Assembly: GCA_964016885.1 (NCBI GenBank)
Contig: OZ024745.1
Span: 26,350,001 to 26,414,000 of the forward strand
Length of the DNA stretch: 64,000 nucleotides
Origin: Eledone cirrhosa
Taxonomy: Eukaryota
Direction of reading: 5' to 3'
Part shown: piece after piece, positions 41,837 through 58,111 of the stretch
Position numbering within the stretch: position 1 is the stretch's first letter
Layout: every line of letters begins with the position of its first letter
Made by a program: the position numbers and the translations under genes
The notes under the pieces: model-generated
The model's input: only the letters and a program-made list of their open reading frames with translations
Databases searched by the model: none
What the model was told of the DNA's origin: nothing

Positions 41837-43299
41837 GATGCATGTGTGTGAATATGTGTGTTTGCGTGTGTATGAATATGCGCGCAATTATGTGTATTCA
41901 TGCGTGTGGCTATATGTGTTACTAAGTGCGCTCATATGACTGGTAGTTATTTTAATATATTGATGAGTGTTGTTGAAATACTTAAAGTCGCATTATGAAT
42001 TCTATCAAGTAGGTACTTTAAATTGATTCCAGTTGTTTTATGAAAGCACCCCCATTCCACCTTAGCCGTATATGGAGCAAGGACTAGAAAACATTTGGTG
42101 GTTGAGAGGCTGTATTGAAATAAGAATAAAATAATAATCTGGAAAACAACTAAAGTGGAGTAAAGTTGAGTATTGCCGTGTTTTGGGGAATGAGGAAGTG
42201 GGATTGAATGTAATTAAATGAGTGGAGGCTGAAGAAGTAGGAAGATAAACTGTGTCACTTGCTTGGTCTATGCCGCGATATTTACTACCGAGCTCCTCCG
42301 CAACATCGGAACGTCGGCGGTCCGTCTGAGGAAGGGGACACCGCGAGGTGGGGTGGCTGTTGCAGCAGATGTCACTGGCCATTGTCCGGGGGAATGCTTT
42401 TGTGGTCTTGTCCGCGGAACGCAGCCCCATAAGCACCGCGCCCTAATCACACTCCACTCCCTCTCCCCAAACTTTTGTGCCACTAGAGCACTTGCCTTTT
42501 CCGTTTTATTTTATTTTCTTATTTTACATTCCATTCTTTTCAATCTATTTTTTTCTTTTTCTATTAAATTGTATTTATTAATGCATCCAAGGCCAGACAA
42601 TCAGACTGTCCTTGTTTCGAGTTATTTCTACTCTCTAACACACAAGAACCACCTGCTGTTCTTCATGGTTAAGTGTCGCTAGACAGTACGTGAAAAGGGA
42701 TTAATCAAAGACAATACTTTCAAGTGACTGTTAAGAAGGTGATGACAGTGCTGATGGCTAGGAATAAATAGCAAGCAGTGGAGAAAGGGAGGCATGGCAT
42801 CAAAACGATAAAGAATACATTTTTGGAATATTTTACAGACGCAAGGTTTTCTATTGGCTCACATTAAGTGCAATTTTACCCATTTATAGGCTTCTTCAGA
42901 TTGAAGGGTTTTCTTACAAAGTTGTTTTATTTATTTCATTATTTTCTATATTTTCTTGCTTCATTTCTTGTTTTGTTCGTACAGTTATTCTTTCCTCTTT
43001 CACCTCCTAATTCTTTGTTTCTCTCTAATTCATTTCTTTTTAATTCACTTTTAACTAAGCTAGTAAGTGACTACTCTGGTGTCAGTATCCTAACCAAGGC
43101 GAATCTTATCCAGTAAATCTTACCAGATGGAGAAATTTATTTTAATCTCAAGCCACAATCCCGGACACCGCCACCCGTAACTCGAAGAGAGGAAAACAGT
43201 TTTCTTTTCGTGCCGATCCCGTGCGGAAAATCAGCAGTGGGTATCGCTGGCTGTTCCACGTTTTGCCCGAGGGGTGCAGTTGAGACATACCATCTAGAC

Positions 43300-43645
43300 T
43301 AGGGTTTCTCAATATATGTAATATCGCTCACCGGTGGGTGATTTCTATTGCTAGATGGGCAATGAGCAACAGAACAGAACATGGTGGACGATTGAAAATG
43401 GTGTTGGACGATGTAGGATTTTGAGGATTAAGAAAGTATTTTAACATATGCTACGCGAAAAAAAAAAAAAAAATGAAAGATATGCAAAGAACTTGTATAA
43501 AACAAATAGTAGGCTAAATGGGAATTACGATCCAGTAATAAAATTTAACCAATCATATGGTTTTGAATATTTACTATACAGGTGGACGGAGGAAAGTTTT
43601 CCAAGTGAAAGTGGATAATGACGCAAGAAAGGTTGGGAACTCCTG
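43300..43645. mobile_element. Possible hAT/Charlie-like non-autonomous element
   Basis: tagggtttctcaa ... ggttgggaactcctg termini; left flank atctagac fits NTCTAGAN; TSD poorly matched. Confidence 0.35.
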
Positions 43646-44045
43646 ACCTATCTTGCGAAACAGATTTAGATCTGTCCGGGTATCAAAGGCGGTTGCCCGA
43701 TATAGGTTTGTTATTTTTATTGATTTATTACTTTAAATCGAGACAGGCAAACCATATTGTTTTAAATTAGTATTTTTTCAAAGTAGCTAACTTATTATTT
43801 GCAATTGGAACACATGTATACTTATATCGGTGTTCATCCCTCTCATATATTCAATTATATATATATCGAACAAGCGCAGATGTGAGAAAAACCACAGACC
43901 CTCCATCTCAACTCTACTTTTGAAAAGCAGAAGAACTGCGAAACCGGTAAAGGAACCAAATAAATATATATATATATTTTTTTTGAATAAGACTCCAGTT
44001 GCATTTTCGATTTCATCTTTTTTTCTTTATATATATATATATATA

Positions 44046-44092
<47 letters not shown>

Positions 44093-44460
44093 AACCTCAT
44101 TTCTTAATCGTTCACCTTTTATCTATATTTTACTCTCCGTGATATTCTAGATTCCTTATTTTTCAGCTTCCTATTTTAGTTTTCCTTAATATTAAATTCT
44201 TCTGGGCTGACATAGTGACACACTATCGGTATAAGGAACATAGCAAATGATAGTGAATTGAGAGAGGTTTTAGTGCGTCGAACAAGCGCACCTTGGGTGG
44301 TAGTACTGGGTGTCGTTACAAGTCTAAAGTCTTGCAAGCATTCGAATGCGGTCTGTGTTTTTGAGCATAACTTCCTTCCCAGATCTCACTTGTCTCAGAG
44401 GTATTGAAAGGGTTCGGTCATGGGTAATGCCGTACCTACTGACTAAGCTATGTATGTACG

Positions 44461-44491
<31 letters not shown>

Positions 44492-44751
44492 CCAAAACAC
44501 ACGCACACATACGCACAAATACACACACACACATACACACACACACACACGAATATATACGAAATTCTGCTGAAAAGTTCATAGATGACCAAGATACTCC
44601 CATAGAATGAACAAATGAGGTTTATTGTTCCATATTCAATTACTAATAAGAAAGATTGAAATTAATGAATGCACGATTTCACAGCCCTAGCATCACTCCT
44701 TCATAGTCAGCTTAAGAACTGTTCAACTTACCCTTGCATATCTATCTTTCT

Positions 44752-45881
<1,130 letters not shown>

Positions 45882-46061
45882 AAGATGAATATAAAATGAA
45901 AGTGCTTTTTTTGAAAAGGAATTTATTAGGTATTGACATATGTTTCTGTAACAGACGGAATACCTATGTATCGCTGCTTGCGTAATCATATAATGTTAGC
46001 AAGTATTCGATAGCAAATATATAATCAGTTGTCACTTCTTCAGAGATTTTGGATAAACTGG

Positions 46062-46138
<77 letters not shown>

Positions 46139-46139
46139 T

Positions 46140-46331
46140 TTTTTTCCTGTTGTTCTAATGATTTTCCACCACTCGCCCCTCACACACTCTCGGAACTCCT
46201 CTCCTTCCCATCATTCTCCTGATAAAGGATTATGCCCGAAACGTCGCCCCCACCTCTCACTCTCAAGCGTGAAGCTAATACCTAACACCTTTCGTAAGTG
46301 TACTCCTTGTTGTTGTTATTTACTTTTCCAA

Positions 46332-46332
<1 letters not shown>
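46140..46332 (+). mobile_element. Neptune-like PLE 3' end fragment with mutated hammerhead
   Basis: CTGATAA-AGGATTATGCCC-GAA-ACGT-C at 46219-46245 (G8A); (TA)n on both sides. Confidence 0.65.
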
Positions 46333-46382
<50 letters not shown>

Positions 46383-46553
46383 GTTTCTACTTTTGGCACC
46401 TAGGCCAGCAATTACTCAGTACATTACTGGTACTTTATTTTATCGACTCCGTAAGGATGAAAGGCAAATATATGTATATGTATATAGGAAAATATGTATA
46501 TAGGAAAAAGTTCAACTGTTGAAAGTTGCAAACTTGACTGTCACCACATATTA

Positions 46554-46592
46554 TGAACCTGAAGATTGCGAAAGCCTGAAAGTACTTGTTCA
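46554..46592 (+). ncRNA. Minimal type I hammerhead ribozyme
   Basis: TGAAC-CTGAAGA-tt-GC(gaaa)GC-ct-GAA-AGTACT-T-GTTCA. Confidence 0.8.
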
Positions 46593-46744
46593 ATTAACAC
46601 TTAGAATTTAATATTCTATCATACTATTTCATTATAATACCATTATAAATTTTAAAGGATTCTAAATAAAACGAGTAAATCAGACAAAGTTGGAATTCCT
46701 CTTATTAATATAATCTTCTATACACAATCATACACACCCGTGTA

Positions 46745-46855
<111 letters not shown>

Positions 46856-46871
46856 TAAAATAACAGATTAA

Positions 46872-46922
46872 AGTTTAAGCAAAGAATCGCTGCTTTCACC
46901 CTTAACGGGATCTTCTGAAACT
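46872..46922 (-). ncRNA. CAGAAGA-core hammerhead-like motif, copy 2
   Basis: Same motif as 7101-7151; adjacent to (TA)n and (ATT)n. Confidence 0.65.
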
Positions 46923-46957
46923 AACAAAGTCAATCTGTAAACGCAGAAGTGGATATT

Positions 46958-47089
<132 letters not shown>

Positions 47090-47320
47090 TGTGCGTGTGT
47101 GTTTGTGTGTGTGCAATAATCAAGTCACTCCCAAGCGCTACCGGTAACATGTAACACAGTGCCACATGTTGCATGGTCGGAGACTAAACCGGCGTGATGA
47201 GAAGGATGATCATTGAATATCCCGCGGGACGAAAAGCAAAAACCGTCAAAGTGTAAAGGAATTCGTGTGATTCAACGGCCATCCATTAGTATGTAAATAT
47301 TTATGGTTGTGTATTGTTGT

Positions 47321-47375
<55 letters not shown>

Positions 47376-47501
47376 TTGTAAATATAATATCCTTTTATTC
47401 TTTTAGCTTTAGACAGTTTATACTCTCAGCTGATATGGAAATACGGTTTGATTCCCATCTCACGCCTATGTACAGGCGTGCTCATGCACACAGACATACG
47501 T

Positions 47502-47541
<40 letters not shown>

Positions 47542-47574
47542 GTCTGTGTGTGTGTGTGTATTCGGAGTGTATTG

Positions 47575-47762
47575 CTGGGTTGGCAGTATAGGTAGAGGAT
47601 CGGACACCATGCTTAGCAGCATAGAGTTATGGCCCTTTGTAGTCTGAGTTCAAATCGTGACGAGGTTAACTTTGCCTTTAATCCTTTCGGAGTCGATAAA
47701 ATAAAGTACCAGTAATGCGCTGGGATAATTGCTTGTCTTGTGCCAAAAGTAGAAACAATTAT
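47575..47762 (+). mobile_element. SINE family A
   Basis: tggcagtatagg A box, gagttcaaatc B box, core and 3' end. Confidence 0.82.
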
Positions 47763-47863
47763 TTACATATACGGATAATAATAATTGCGCTTCTTCTAGG
47801 TATATCTACCTTCAGATTTATGTATACGTCGTACCTGTTTGCTTATTTACACACACACACACG

Positions 47864-47902
<39 letters not shown>

Positions 47903-48369
47903 GTATATACATCTCTCTCTTTATATTTTCCTAACATACCAAGCGTTAAACTAATAAATTTCTACATTGTACTGTGTCCTTTGCTTTGTTATATCTGTTT
48001 ACTTTTTGCAAGAGCAGATATATATATATATACTGTATATATATATATACACATATAAATATATATATATGAAGTAAAAAGAGAAGCCGAGTGTATCCAT
48101 AATTATGGATACTCTGATTGTAATCAGTGATCTACTAGCCATCATAGGTATTTCTTCGCATTAAAGATCAGATACCTCAGGCTAGCGCGAACAATAACTA
48201 AAGTAAGTTATTGGGATAAAAAGAATAGGCTGGAGAAGGAGAGACAGATGAACAAACAAGAATTGTGAGGCAACGTAAGTCCCGGCTTCTCTTTCTAATT
48301 TTTACTTCATCTGTATCACATTCGCAACAACACAGCACGCCATTTTTCATTCCTATATATATATATATA

Positions 48370-48710
48370 GGAGGCACATGGCTTAGTGGTTAGAGCATTG
48401 GCCTTGCAATCGAAAGGTTGTGAGTTCAATTCTCAGACCGGGTGGTGTGTTGTTTCCTTGAGCAAAACACTTTATTTCACATTGCTCCAGTTTACTCAGC
48501 TGTAGAAATGAGATGATAGGGACTGGGGTCCATATCATTCCACTGCAAAGTACGTGGAGGTGCCACGGCAAAAAAGCACCCAGCACTCACTGTAAATGAG
48601 GTTGGTGTTAGGAAGGGCATCCAGCTGTAGAAATCAAGCCAGAATCAGTTCCTGTCCCATCCTTGCAAGCAGAGAAAAGTGGACGTAAAATGAAATGATG
48701 AAATGATGAT
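48370..48710 (+). mobile_element. tRNA-derived SINE family B with LINE-like 3' end
   Basis: A box tggcttagtgg, B box gagttcaattc, central ccttgagcaaaacactttatttcac..gctccag domain, 3' ggacgtaaaatga tail; relatives at 52028, 56130 and 62950. Confidence 0.8.
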
Positions 48711-48719
48711 ATATATATA

Positions 48720-49007
48720 TGTTGTTTGACACCTGACCAAAACCACTGTTAACTTAAGTGAACCATAAAAACAAGGAGTGCACCCCCAGAGTGAACCTGT
48801 CTATAGAATTATTTCTGCCTTTATTATTCTAAATGTAATTTTTTAAGAATTCCCTTTTCTTTAAACCCATCAACCAATGACCTCCACCCATCCCAATTAC
48901 CACCCTCTCCTACCACCAGAAAAGATATAAATACCACCATATTACTTGGACAGCCAACTTCCTGATGATTTCTCCCGAATGAAAAAGTTCTAGTCATGTA
49001 GAAGCCT

Positions 49008-49012
<5 letters not shown>
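48720..49012 (+). mobile_element. Diverged copy of the 58 kb mini-PLE family with hammerhead at 48957-49005
   Basis: Homologous to 58600-58800; CTTC-CTGATGA...GAA...GTA-GAAG with disturbed stem III. Confidence 0.75.
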
Positions 49013-49067
<55 letters not shown>

Positions 49068-49383
49068 TTAGGTTTGTTGGTTCACCACTGGATAGAACTG
49101 GATAGAACTGGTTTTCGTGGCATTTTTTTCGCGGCATTTTCTAACATGAATGTAGTTTGACCCTTACACTACACTTCTTTCTCCCTTTCTTTCTTCCCCT
49201 TCTTCTTTGACGGAGTGGTGGTAGTACATTATAAGCCTTCGCCCCCTCACCAGATATTCACTGGTAGTTTTCAGTTGCCAACATTTTGAGGGCGGCTGGC
49301 TGCGAAGCTAGTTGGTCAGCCGTCCTCTCTGTCTCTGGTTTATCGGACCCATGGCTTTTTACATATTCCTTTGTTATATTCCA

Positions 49384-49441
49384 ATACCTAATGATATCAC
49401 CGGATTCATATGGAACCCGGTCATTGAAATGATCATAGTAT
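49384..49441 (+). ncRNA. Hammerhead with mutated core (CTAATGA)
   Basis: ATAC-CTAATGA-...ACCGG...CCGGT...-GAA-ATGATCAT-A-GTAT; about 50 nt upstream of (TA)n. Confidence 0.6.
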
Positions 49442-49555
49442 AATAAACCTTTCAAGGATTTACACCAGTCCAGCCTCCTGTTATTTCATTTATATATATA
49501 TATATATATCACATAAGAAACGGAGAATCAGTGTTGCGACGAATAAAATTTATTA

Positions 49556-49650
49556 GACAAATTACAATCGTTTCCCTGGCGACCAGCTCGAGGCACGATC
49601 GATGTAATGATCGAACCTGACTCTGAAATCGCAAGGTCCTCAGATACGTC
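49556..49650 (-). ncRNA. Type I hammerhead ribozyme, long stem II family
   Basis: GACGTAT-CTGAGGA-CCTTGCGA...TCGCCAGG-GAA-AC(gatt)GT-A-ATTTGTC. Confidence 0.75.
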
Positions 49651-51235
49651 TCGATTCTACGAAGCAGAGTTTCCAAATCTCCAGTTATACCCGCGGCCTT
49701 CACTCGGCAACTTAGATCCTGTTGTTGTCATTCGATGAGTGATCAATGATTTGCACACGTCATCGGTATTTTTGGCCACTCATCGCCGTCGTATATTTGG
49801 TTCCTTTCATTTGCCACCTGTCAATCAAAGTTGTTTCTTAAATTGGAATTACAGTTGTAGGAGGTAGGGGTTGTATGATTGAACAGCTCACGCCCTGTCG
49901 CAGCCTTCTCAACCTGTAGGCGCCCGCACCCACATCCATGTTTCGCGCAGGCGTGATACATATGGCACTTATACACCCACAGCGACCACATACACACCCG
50001 CAACTGTATTATATGCGACAATCACTGTAAATATTGAGTGTGCAGCGAATACTTAGAAGGAATTTTTTTTTAAATGGAAAAACATTTAAAAGAACGTTTC
50101 ACAAAAAAACACTCTCAAAATACCTTAAAAAACACACATAAAAAAACTATAAAAAGAACGTTTTTAAAAGAATGCTTGAAATAGCCTTTCAAAAAAGTTA
50201 TTTCAAAGGTATTTTTGATAAATATACACATTTCTACACACACACACACGCTGTACTCAGGAAAGCATATATAGTTAAGACGCTGCACATATATACATAT
50301 GGAAAACTGGAAGATCTACACATACATATGCATACACTTACACAGACATGTTCATACAAATATATCCACCCAGACATGCGTACACATGCATGTATGCATA
50401 TGTGCGTGCACACACATACATTCATGTACCAGCGCATGGGCATGCTTATACATCTAAAAAAAAAAGCACATACTTGATGAATACCTACATATCCACACAC
50501 ACACACAACTGTGCACATGGCGCATAAAATATTATATGAGACAACATTCTGGAGGCTTGGACCCAACCCATTCATGTGGTGATATAAGCCTGAGAGTGCA
50601 TGCACAATATGCATAAATGCAATAGCTACGCAGTAGCCATGCACTAATCACAGATAACATGGGAGGGGGACACCTATATAAATGCGTGTACGTACATAAA
50701 ATAAAATAAAATAAAATAAAATAAAATAAAATAATAATAAAATACTGGAGTGTGTGTGTGTATTTATATAGTATATTAAAAACTATATTATATACATATT
50801 TGTATCTACGAATGGAACACAGGATGTTTCTGCCTATCCATTCACTTACACTTTTGTAAACGGCTTTTCACGCAACTCATATATTTCACGCCAACGTTTT
50901 CGAACAACATAAACTAAACAAAGACTCTTTTGTACATCGTTAATGAACACAAGTAGATTAAAATTCTTCCCACGTCTCCCTGGTAACATTTGCGAAATTA
51001 CTAGAACATCATGTGTATCTTATTTTGACAAATAAATTAAAAGTTGAATTTCAAGATATGGTGTTGAGGTCTTTATTGGCCGTATTAATTCTGAAATATC
51101 TTTATTTATATACCTATAACATGGTGGCCTCTCTCTTTTGATCAAGGTTTGTACTTCACTTTCATTTCCACCCTCTCTTCGACTCTTCCTGGTGCCATTT
51201 CATTCGTATATTATCTCTGTATATTATCCATATCC

Positions 51236-51620
51236 TGACTTTTTCATGTTCTACTTGGAAAGTAAGGTGAGGATGGAGAGGGAAGTGCTGACCCCCTCCC
51301 CAGTAGATTTGCTAAAAGGTGGGTGAATGTAGCTAGGATGGCTCCAGTAAATGGGAATACACTGATCATGTGCCTGAACGCTGGAGAGTTTCGTATGCTG
51401 GTTAATGATCGGTGGGGCACCTTAGACCTAAGACTCTCCTGGTTGGTCTAATGGGAAATTTTAATTGTTATCTGTGTTTTACGCGATCTCATATAACCCC
51501 CCCCCCCCCCACTGCCCCTGTCTCTGTATTTTCCTATATGTTCGGCTCTCGTTGTCAATAAAGAAATAATTATAACAATAATAATCATTATTGTTACTAT
51601 TATTATTATAATAATTATTA
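51236..51620 (+). mobile_element. Diverged Tx1 3' fragment
   Basis: FFMFYLESKVRMEREVL...RWVNVARMAPVNG aligns with the ORF2 end FFKFHLKRKIRVEREVL...RWVREARMARVNG; aataaagaaa then (AAT/ATT)n and (AGT)n. Confidence 0.8.
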
Positions 51621-51621
51621 T

Positions 51622-51679
<58 letters not shown>

Positions 51680-52027
51680 TGTTGTAGTAATAGTATTAGT
51701 AGTAGTGGTGGTGAATTCCACAACATCAAGTTTAGTATGCGGTTTCATACTGTCTGGAATAAGTGTCTGCTTGTAAGATTGAAACCAGATAAAGTACCTT
51801 TGTGACCTGGATTCTCATTTTGTCTTCGTTAGGTTACTGATTACATGGTCACAGATTGTAACTGAAGACAGATTTACATAGGCTAAATATGCGACGTCGA
51901 CAGAATGAACTCAATATACGGCATTAAGAAACCCAGAATTGTTTTAAAAAACGATAACAGTAAATAAAAACCTCTCCATTCCTATATATGTATATCTATA
52001 TCTATCTATATATACATATATATATGT

Positions 52028-52150
52028 GAAGGCGCATGGCTGAGTGGTTAGGGAATTGGATTCACAATCTTGAGGTGTGAGTTCGATTTCTGGACCGGGT
52101 GATGCGTTATGTCCTTGAGCAAGACACTTTATTTCACGTTGCTCCTTCTA
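52028..52150 (+). mobile_element. SINE family B 5' part
   Basis: tggctgagtgg A box, gagttcgattt B box, ccttgagcaagacactt. Confidence 0.75.
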
Positions 52151-52269
52151 CCTGGAGTTGCGACCGATAGATAGTACTAGCAACTGGAAAGACCGACTAA
52201 AAACATTGTTTCCTCGGTCCGATTTGACGAAAGTCGATCGACTTCAAGATATATATACATAGTGTATAT

Positions 52270-53255
52270 ATAGTAATAATAATAAATAAGGATAAATATA
52301 TATCAAATATATAAGAACCGTAGAGCAAATATTTATTAAAATAACAGATTAAAATTTAAGCAAAGAATCGCTGCTTTCACCCTTAACGGGATCTTCTGAA
52401 ACTAAATAAATCAATCTGTGAACGCAGAAGTAAATATTTCGAAAAACGTTGCAACCGAAGGAAGACAGGACGACGATACTTTGGTTCGTGGAAACGTTCC
52501 CTGGCAAAGAAAGGAAAAAAATGAAGATAATACGTCATTATTTGGAGCGGTGAAAACAATTACACGCATAGACAAAACCACGTTTATGGTATAAATGAAG
52601 TCGTAGACTAACATTCTATTTAGGAAACCGAATGATTCTTGGCTTCAGAGTTAAGAATAATGTAAATAAATTACAGAGGTAATTGAAATCAATAAAAATT
52701 AAATATATACATGCACGCATCCATATACGTACATACACATGCATACGCGAAAACACCCGCGATGGGTATACAAATACAAGCACGTACACAAAAAAAAACA
52801 CGCACGCACATACAGAACCCACGCAACGCCTGTACACGCACACATACGAACGTATACACCAAATACACATAAAAATATATATTAAAAAAAAATATATATA
52901 TATGTGTGTCTGTGTGCGTGTATACATATAATTATATAAACGTATATAAATATACACGCATAAAAACGTATATAACGCCGCAGACACATACCTACATGTA
53001 AAACCACGTATGTTCGCTAAATGTACGTCAACCAAAACACAAAGTACACATATACACACACCCTACATACGTACAAATCCGCATACTCACACAGACGCAA
53101 AACTCACGTATACACATAACCATGTCTTCCTTCGGTTGCAACGTTTTTCGAAATATTTACTTCTGCGTTCACAGATTGATTTTTTTTTAGTTTCAGAAGA
53201 TCCCGTTAAGGGTGAAAGCAGCGATTCTTTGATTAAACTTTAATCTGTTATTTTA

Positions 53256-53262
<7 letters not shown>
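52270..53262. mobile_element. CAGAAGA-family mini-element with inverted partial copy
   Basis: Minus copy about 52270-52630 (motif 52353-52403); plus copy about 53124-53262 (motif 53189-53239). Confidence 0.8.
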
Positions 53263-53314
<52 letters not shown>

Positions 53315-53461
53315 ATATATGGTTGATCTCTGGCCGTTTCGACAGCTAGATCCGACTCTACTACCCTAAGTATAGACAACTCTCGTGCGTTATGGTCCAC
53401 ATGGTTCCTTACCACACTTTCTTTGTTGTGTTATATATATATATATATTTATTTATACATA

Positions 53462-53508
<47 letters not shown>

Positions 53509-53510
<2 letters not shown>

Positions 53511-53608
53511 AGGTGTCCTAAAAAATGTATACACACTTCAACAGAATTGTAATAAATATTGCCTGTACAGGTAATCAATGTGTGTATACATTTTCGGGGG
53601 ACACCCCG
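53509..53608. mobile_element. Tc1/mariner-type MITE
   Basis: ggtgtcctaaaaaatgtatacaca / tgtgtatacattttcgggggacacc inverted ends; related to 34311-34386. Confidence 0.65.
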
Positions 53609-53612
53609 TGCA

Positions 53613-53673
<61 letters not shown>

Positions 53674-54227
53674 CTTAAAGGAATGTGGTCTCCATAAATA
53701 GTAGAATATATCAAGTTGATTTTCTTACCAGGCACTGAAATAAATAAAAAGGAACTATACAAATTATGGAAAAGTTGATTTTAAATGAAAACCAATACAA
53801 CTAGAAAGGATCAGGTAACCTAGTTTAAAAGACCCATAAAATATGAAGCCTATAAATTTATTGTGATACTGGATAAAGGATACATTTAAACTAGAAGAAA
53901 CTAAGCAATATATGTTTACCTTGTGTGAAATACGATGTGTTAGTTTTAGTTATTTATTATACAACAATGTTAGTTTCAACCATATCAGTTCATCCTATTG
54001 AATACGAAAGTGAGTTAAATTCCAGGTAAACTAATTTGACTTGACACATATTTGTATTGTGTTTTAACAAGTTAGAAAAGGAACATATTCGGTGGGAAAT
54101 GAGCCGATCTTATGGTTGAATGTTTGTACTCTGATATATATTTTTAGATACTAAAGATGGCAAAATTGGCAATAGAGATTTCTACTAGTCACGGAGTCAT
54201 CGGTGTCTCAGAAGCATATATATCGGG

Positions 54228-54278
54228 AGTTTCAGAAGATCCCGTTAAGGATGAAAGCAGCAATTCTTTGCTTAAACT
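54228..54278 (+). ncRNA. CAGAAGA-core hammerhead-like motif, copy 5
   Basis: AGTTT-CAGAAGA-TCCCGTTAAGGAT-GAA-AGCA..TGCT-T-AAACT, then about 18 nt to (TA)n. Confidence 0.6.
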
Positions 54279-54294
54279 TTAATCTGTTATTTTA

Positions 54295-54357
<63 letters not shown>

Positions 54358-54942
54358 CGTGTGTGTGCGTGTGTGTGTGTGTGTGTGTGTACGTGTGTGT
54401 ACGTGTGTGTATGTGTGTATGTATATATAGCGAATGTTACATATGTTTCACAGATGATCGGGTCTATTAAAGATCGATATGAAATAAAAACATTTTAAAG
54501 TGACACTTATTTGTACCATATATATATACACGTTATCTGCTGATTATAAACATAAAGCTCAAAAATGCTGCCAGTACACACCTTCTTTAAAATCACCCTG
54601 TTCAGGAAATATCATATTGTGCTACCTCCAATAATCAACAAAATTAATAAATAACTATATATAAATATATATTTGATAATATATATACATCATCTCTACT
54701 CCCAATCAGCATAATTAACCACACAAAAAATCAATTAGACCAGGCTATAAGAATAAAAGGCATCTATGAAGAAACAGTAAATAAATACTCCATCGTGGCG
54801 TCTTCACGTGCAACCGCTATAGAATATTTACCTAACATTTCAACAGCACGTGGAAATTAATTAAATACACGATAAACCATACATAATTAGGTAAAAATTA
54901 ATGTTAGAAATGCTTATATACATACCAGGACTAAATCACTAA

Positions 54943-55022
54943 ATCCCGACCCTAGGGTTTCGCTCACTTTTGAGATATCTTATTTAAGGTTCATACTCGA
55001 GTTTTAGAGCTCTTCAGGGGAT
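54943..55022 (-). ncRNA. Canonical type I hammerhead ribozyme (GUC)
   Basis: ATCCC-CTGAAGA-GCTC(long loop)GAGC-GAA-ACCCTAGGGT-C-GGGAT; all stems perfect. Confidence 0.92.
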
Positions 55023-55258
55023 AAACTCACTAGGACATATTATCTTCTGAAGTGGCCCCCGCCAAACACGAATTCAAAATGGTTGAGAACTGTGACGTGG
55101 CAGTGGTCAAGTCAGGAAGGGTGTGATTGGTTGCTTACATGTGTTGTATTGAAGCGAATAACTACGTGTCTACTCTGGGATATTACATAACATTAGCTAT
55201 TGAGTACTTTGAGATGCAACCAGTCCTAGCAGTGAAACCCATGCTAGTCTCGTCAACT

Positions 55259-55300
<42 letters not shown>

Positions 55301-55616
55301 TAAAATACACATGAATATATGTGTATGCATACATACACACACACACACAAACACATATATGTGTGTGTCTCTGATTGTGTGTGTGTGGGGGGGTTTTTGT
55401 GTCTGTATATGTGTGTGAGTGTAAATGGTGATCGACCGTGAATCTGGGTATTAAATTATAGTAACAATGCCATTCTGTCTGTAAACACAATATATATATA
55501 CAGGGAGTATAACTTGGAGTTATTGTAGGTTCACCCGGGTGAGCACTCGATGTTTAGGTTCACCAACCAATAAACGTAATGAAGGAGTAACTAATCGTCC
55601 TTCTTATTTTATTTCA

Positions 55617-55791
<175 letters not shown>

Positions 55792-56129
55792 TCGTTGTTT
55801 TGGTATTGTATGGCTGGGTTTTGTCTGCCGCAATTTTCAATTTGTAAAGCTATCTAAACGTAATGTTATTACTCTGAGGACCTACCCTTATTGAGTACTT
55901 TGCTACTCATTCCTAATTCTAGGTTAACTTTCCTTGGCCGCAGCCAAAATTTCGATTTTACTAAGCTTCCACTTATATACCTCTCTCTCTCTATATATAT
56001 ATATATATCTATATATATATGTGAGTGGGTGTGTGTGTGACAGCTCACACCTATGTCGGTTTAGTTGGCCTCCTCCAAGGTATATCTCGTTGGAGGTGTC
56101 TTGGGTGATTTAATGATAGGGACCCTAGT

Positions 56130-56275
56130 CTTATCATCTCATTTCTACAGCTGAGTAAACTGGAGCAACGTGAAATGAAGTGTCTTGCTCAAGGAAACAA
56201 CACATCACCCTGTCCGAGAATTTAACTCACATCCTTTCGATTGCAAGGCCAATGCTCTAACCACTAAGCCAGGGG
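56130..56275 (-). mobile_element. SINE family B
   Basis: Reverse complement closely matches 48375-48520. Confidence 0.8.
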
Positions 56276-56491
56276 CTTTCAAATAAAACAGTTTCAATCC
56301 CCGTCGAATTTATTACAGTGGGATTAAATTTGTTAAACTAGAATAATAAATATGACACGAGTTCACAACTATACTGACTATTACCTTTATATATATAGGT
56401 TTAGGAATAACCAAAGAGTGCTTAGAAATACATTGACATACCAAGGGCAATATATCTGCGTGTCTGGGCACATTGATGTATTTGTCAACGA

Positions 56492-56562
<71 letters not shown>

Positions 56563-56770
56563 GAATGTTTAAGTATCGAGAGAGAGAAAAGAGAAAGATA
56601 AGCGATACATATATTTAGTTGCCAATAGTTTGTGCAAATGTGCTCAATACTTGTGCCTACAGGGTTAAATATTAGAAGCGTTAATATTTAGTGGGCGAGA
56701 ATATAAGCAGAGCGGTTACAAGTGAAATGATTACAAAGGAGAATATACCGTTCAATATGTTTATATAAAA

Positions 56771-56811
56771 GCACCTACGTACGTTTCGCCCGAAAAGGGC
56801 TTCTCAAGGGC
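56771..56811 (-). ncRNA. Hammerhead with U3:A8 covariant core
   Basis: GCCC-TTGAGAA-GCCC(ttttc)GGGC-GAA-ACGTACGT-A-GGTGC; inside imperfect fold-back 56720-56925 next to (TA)n. Confidence 0.75.
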
Positions 56812-56921
56812 ATAGAAAACTAAAAAATGTTCAGTACATGACACGGGACATGTACCGAACGTGCATAGGTGCTTTTATATATACATGTTTTAACGGTATA
56901 TTCTCCTTTTTAATCATTTCA

Positions 56922-57897
<976 letters not shown>

Positions 57898-57920
57898 AGA
57901 AGCTCTTCTATATTAAAACT

Positions 57921-57954
<34 letters not shown>

Positions 57955-57973
57955 TTATATATATATATATACG

Positions 57974-58008
<35 letters not shown>

Positions 58009-58046
58009 GTCTGTATACATATATGTATGTACGTATACATACTTAC

Positions 58047-58110
<64 letters not shown>

Positions 58111-58111
<1 letters not shown>

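Noticed and set aside
42062-42682. GC-richer segment with 124-139 aa ORFs
   Set aside because: No recognisable domain or splice structure; probably an unclassified repeat fragment.
48370-48450. tRNA gene
   Set aside because: A and B boxes belong to a SINE head; no complete cloverleaf, and the sequence continues into the SINE body.
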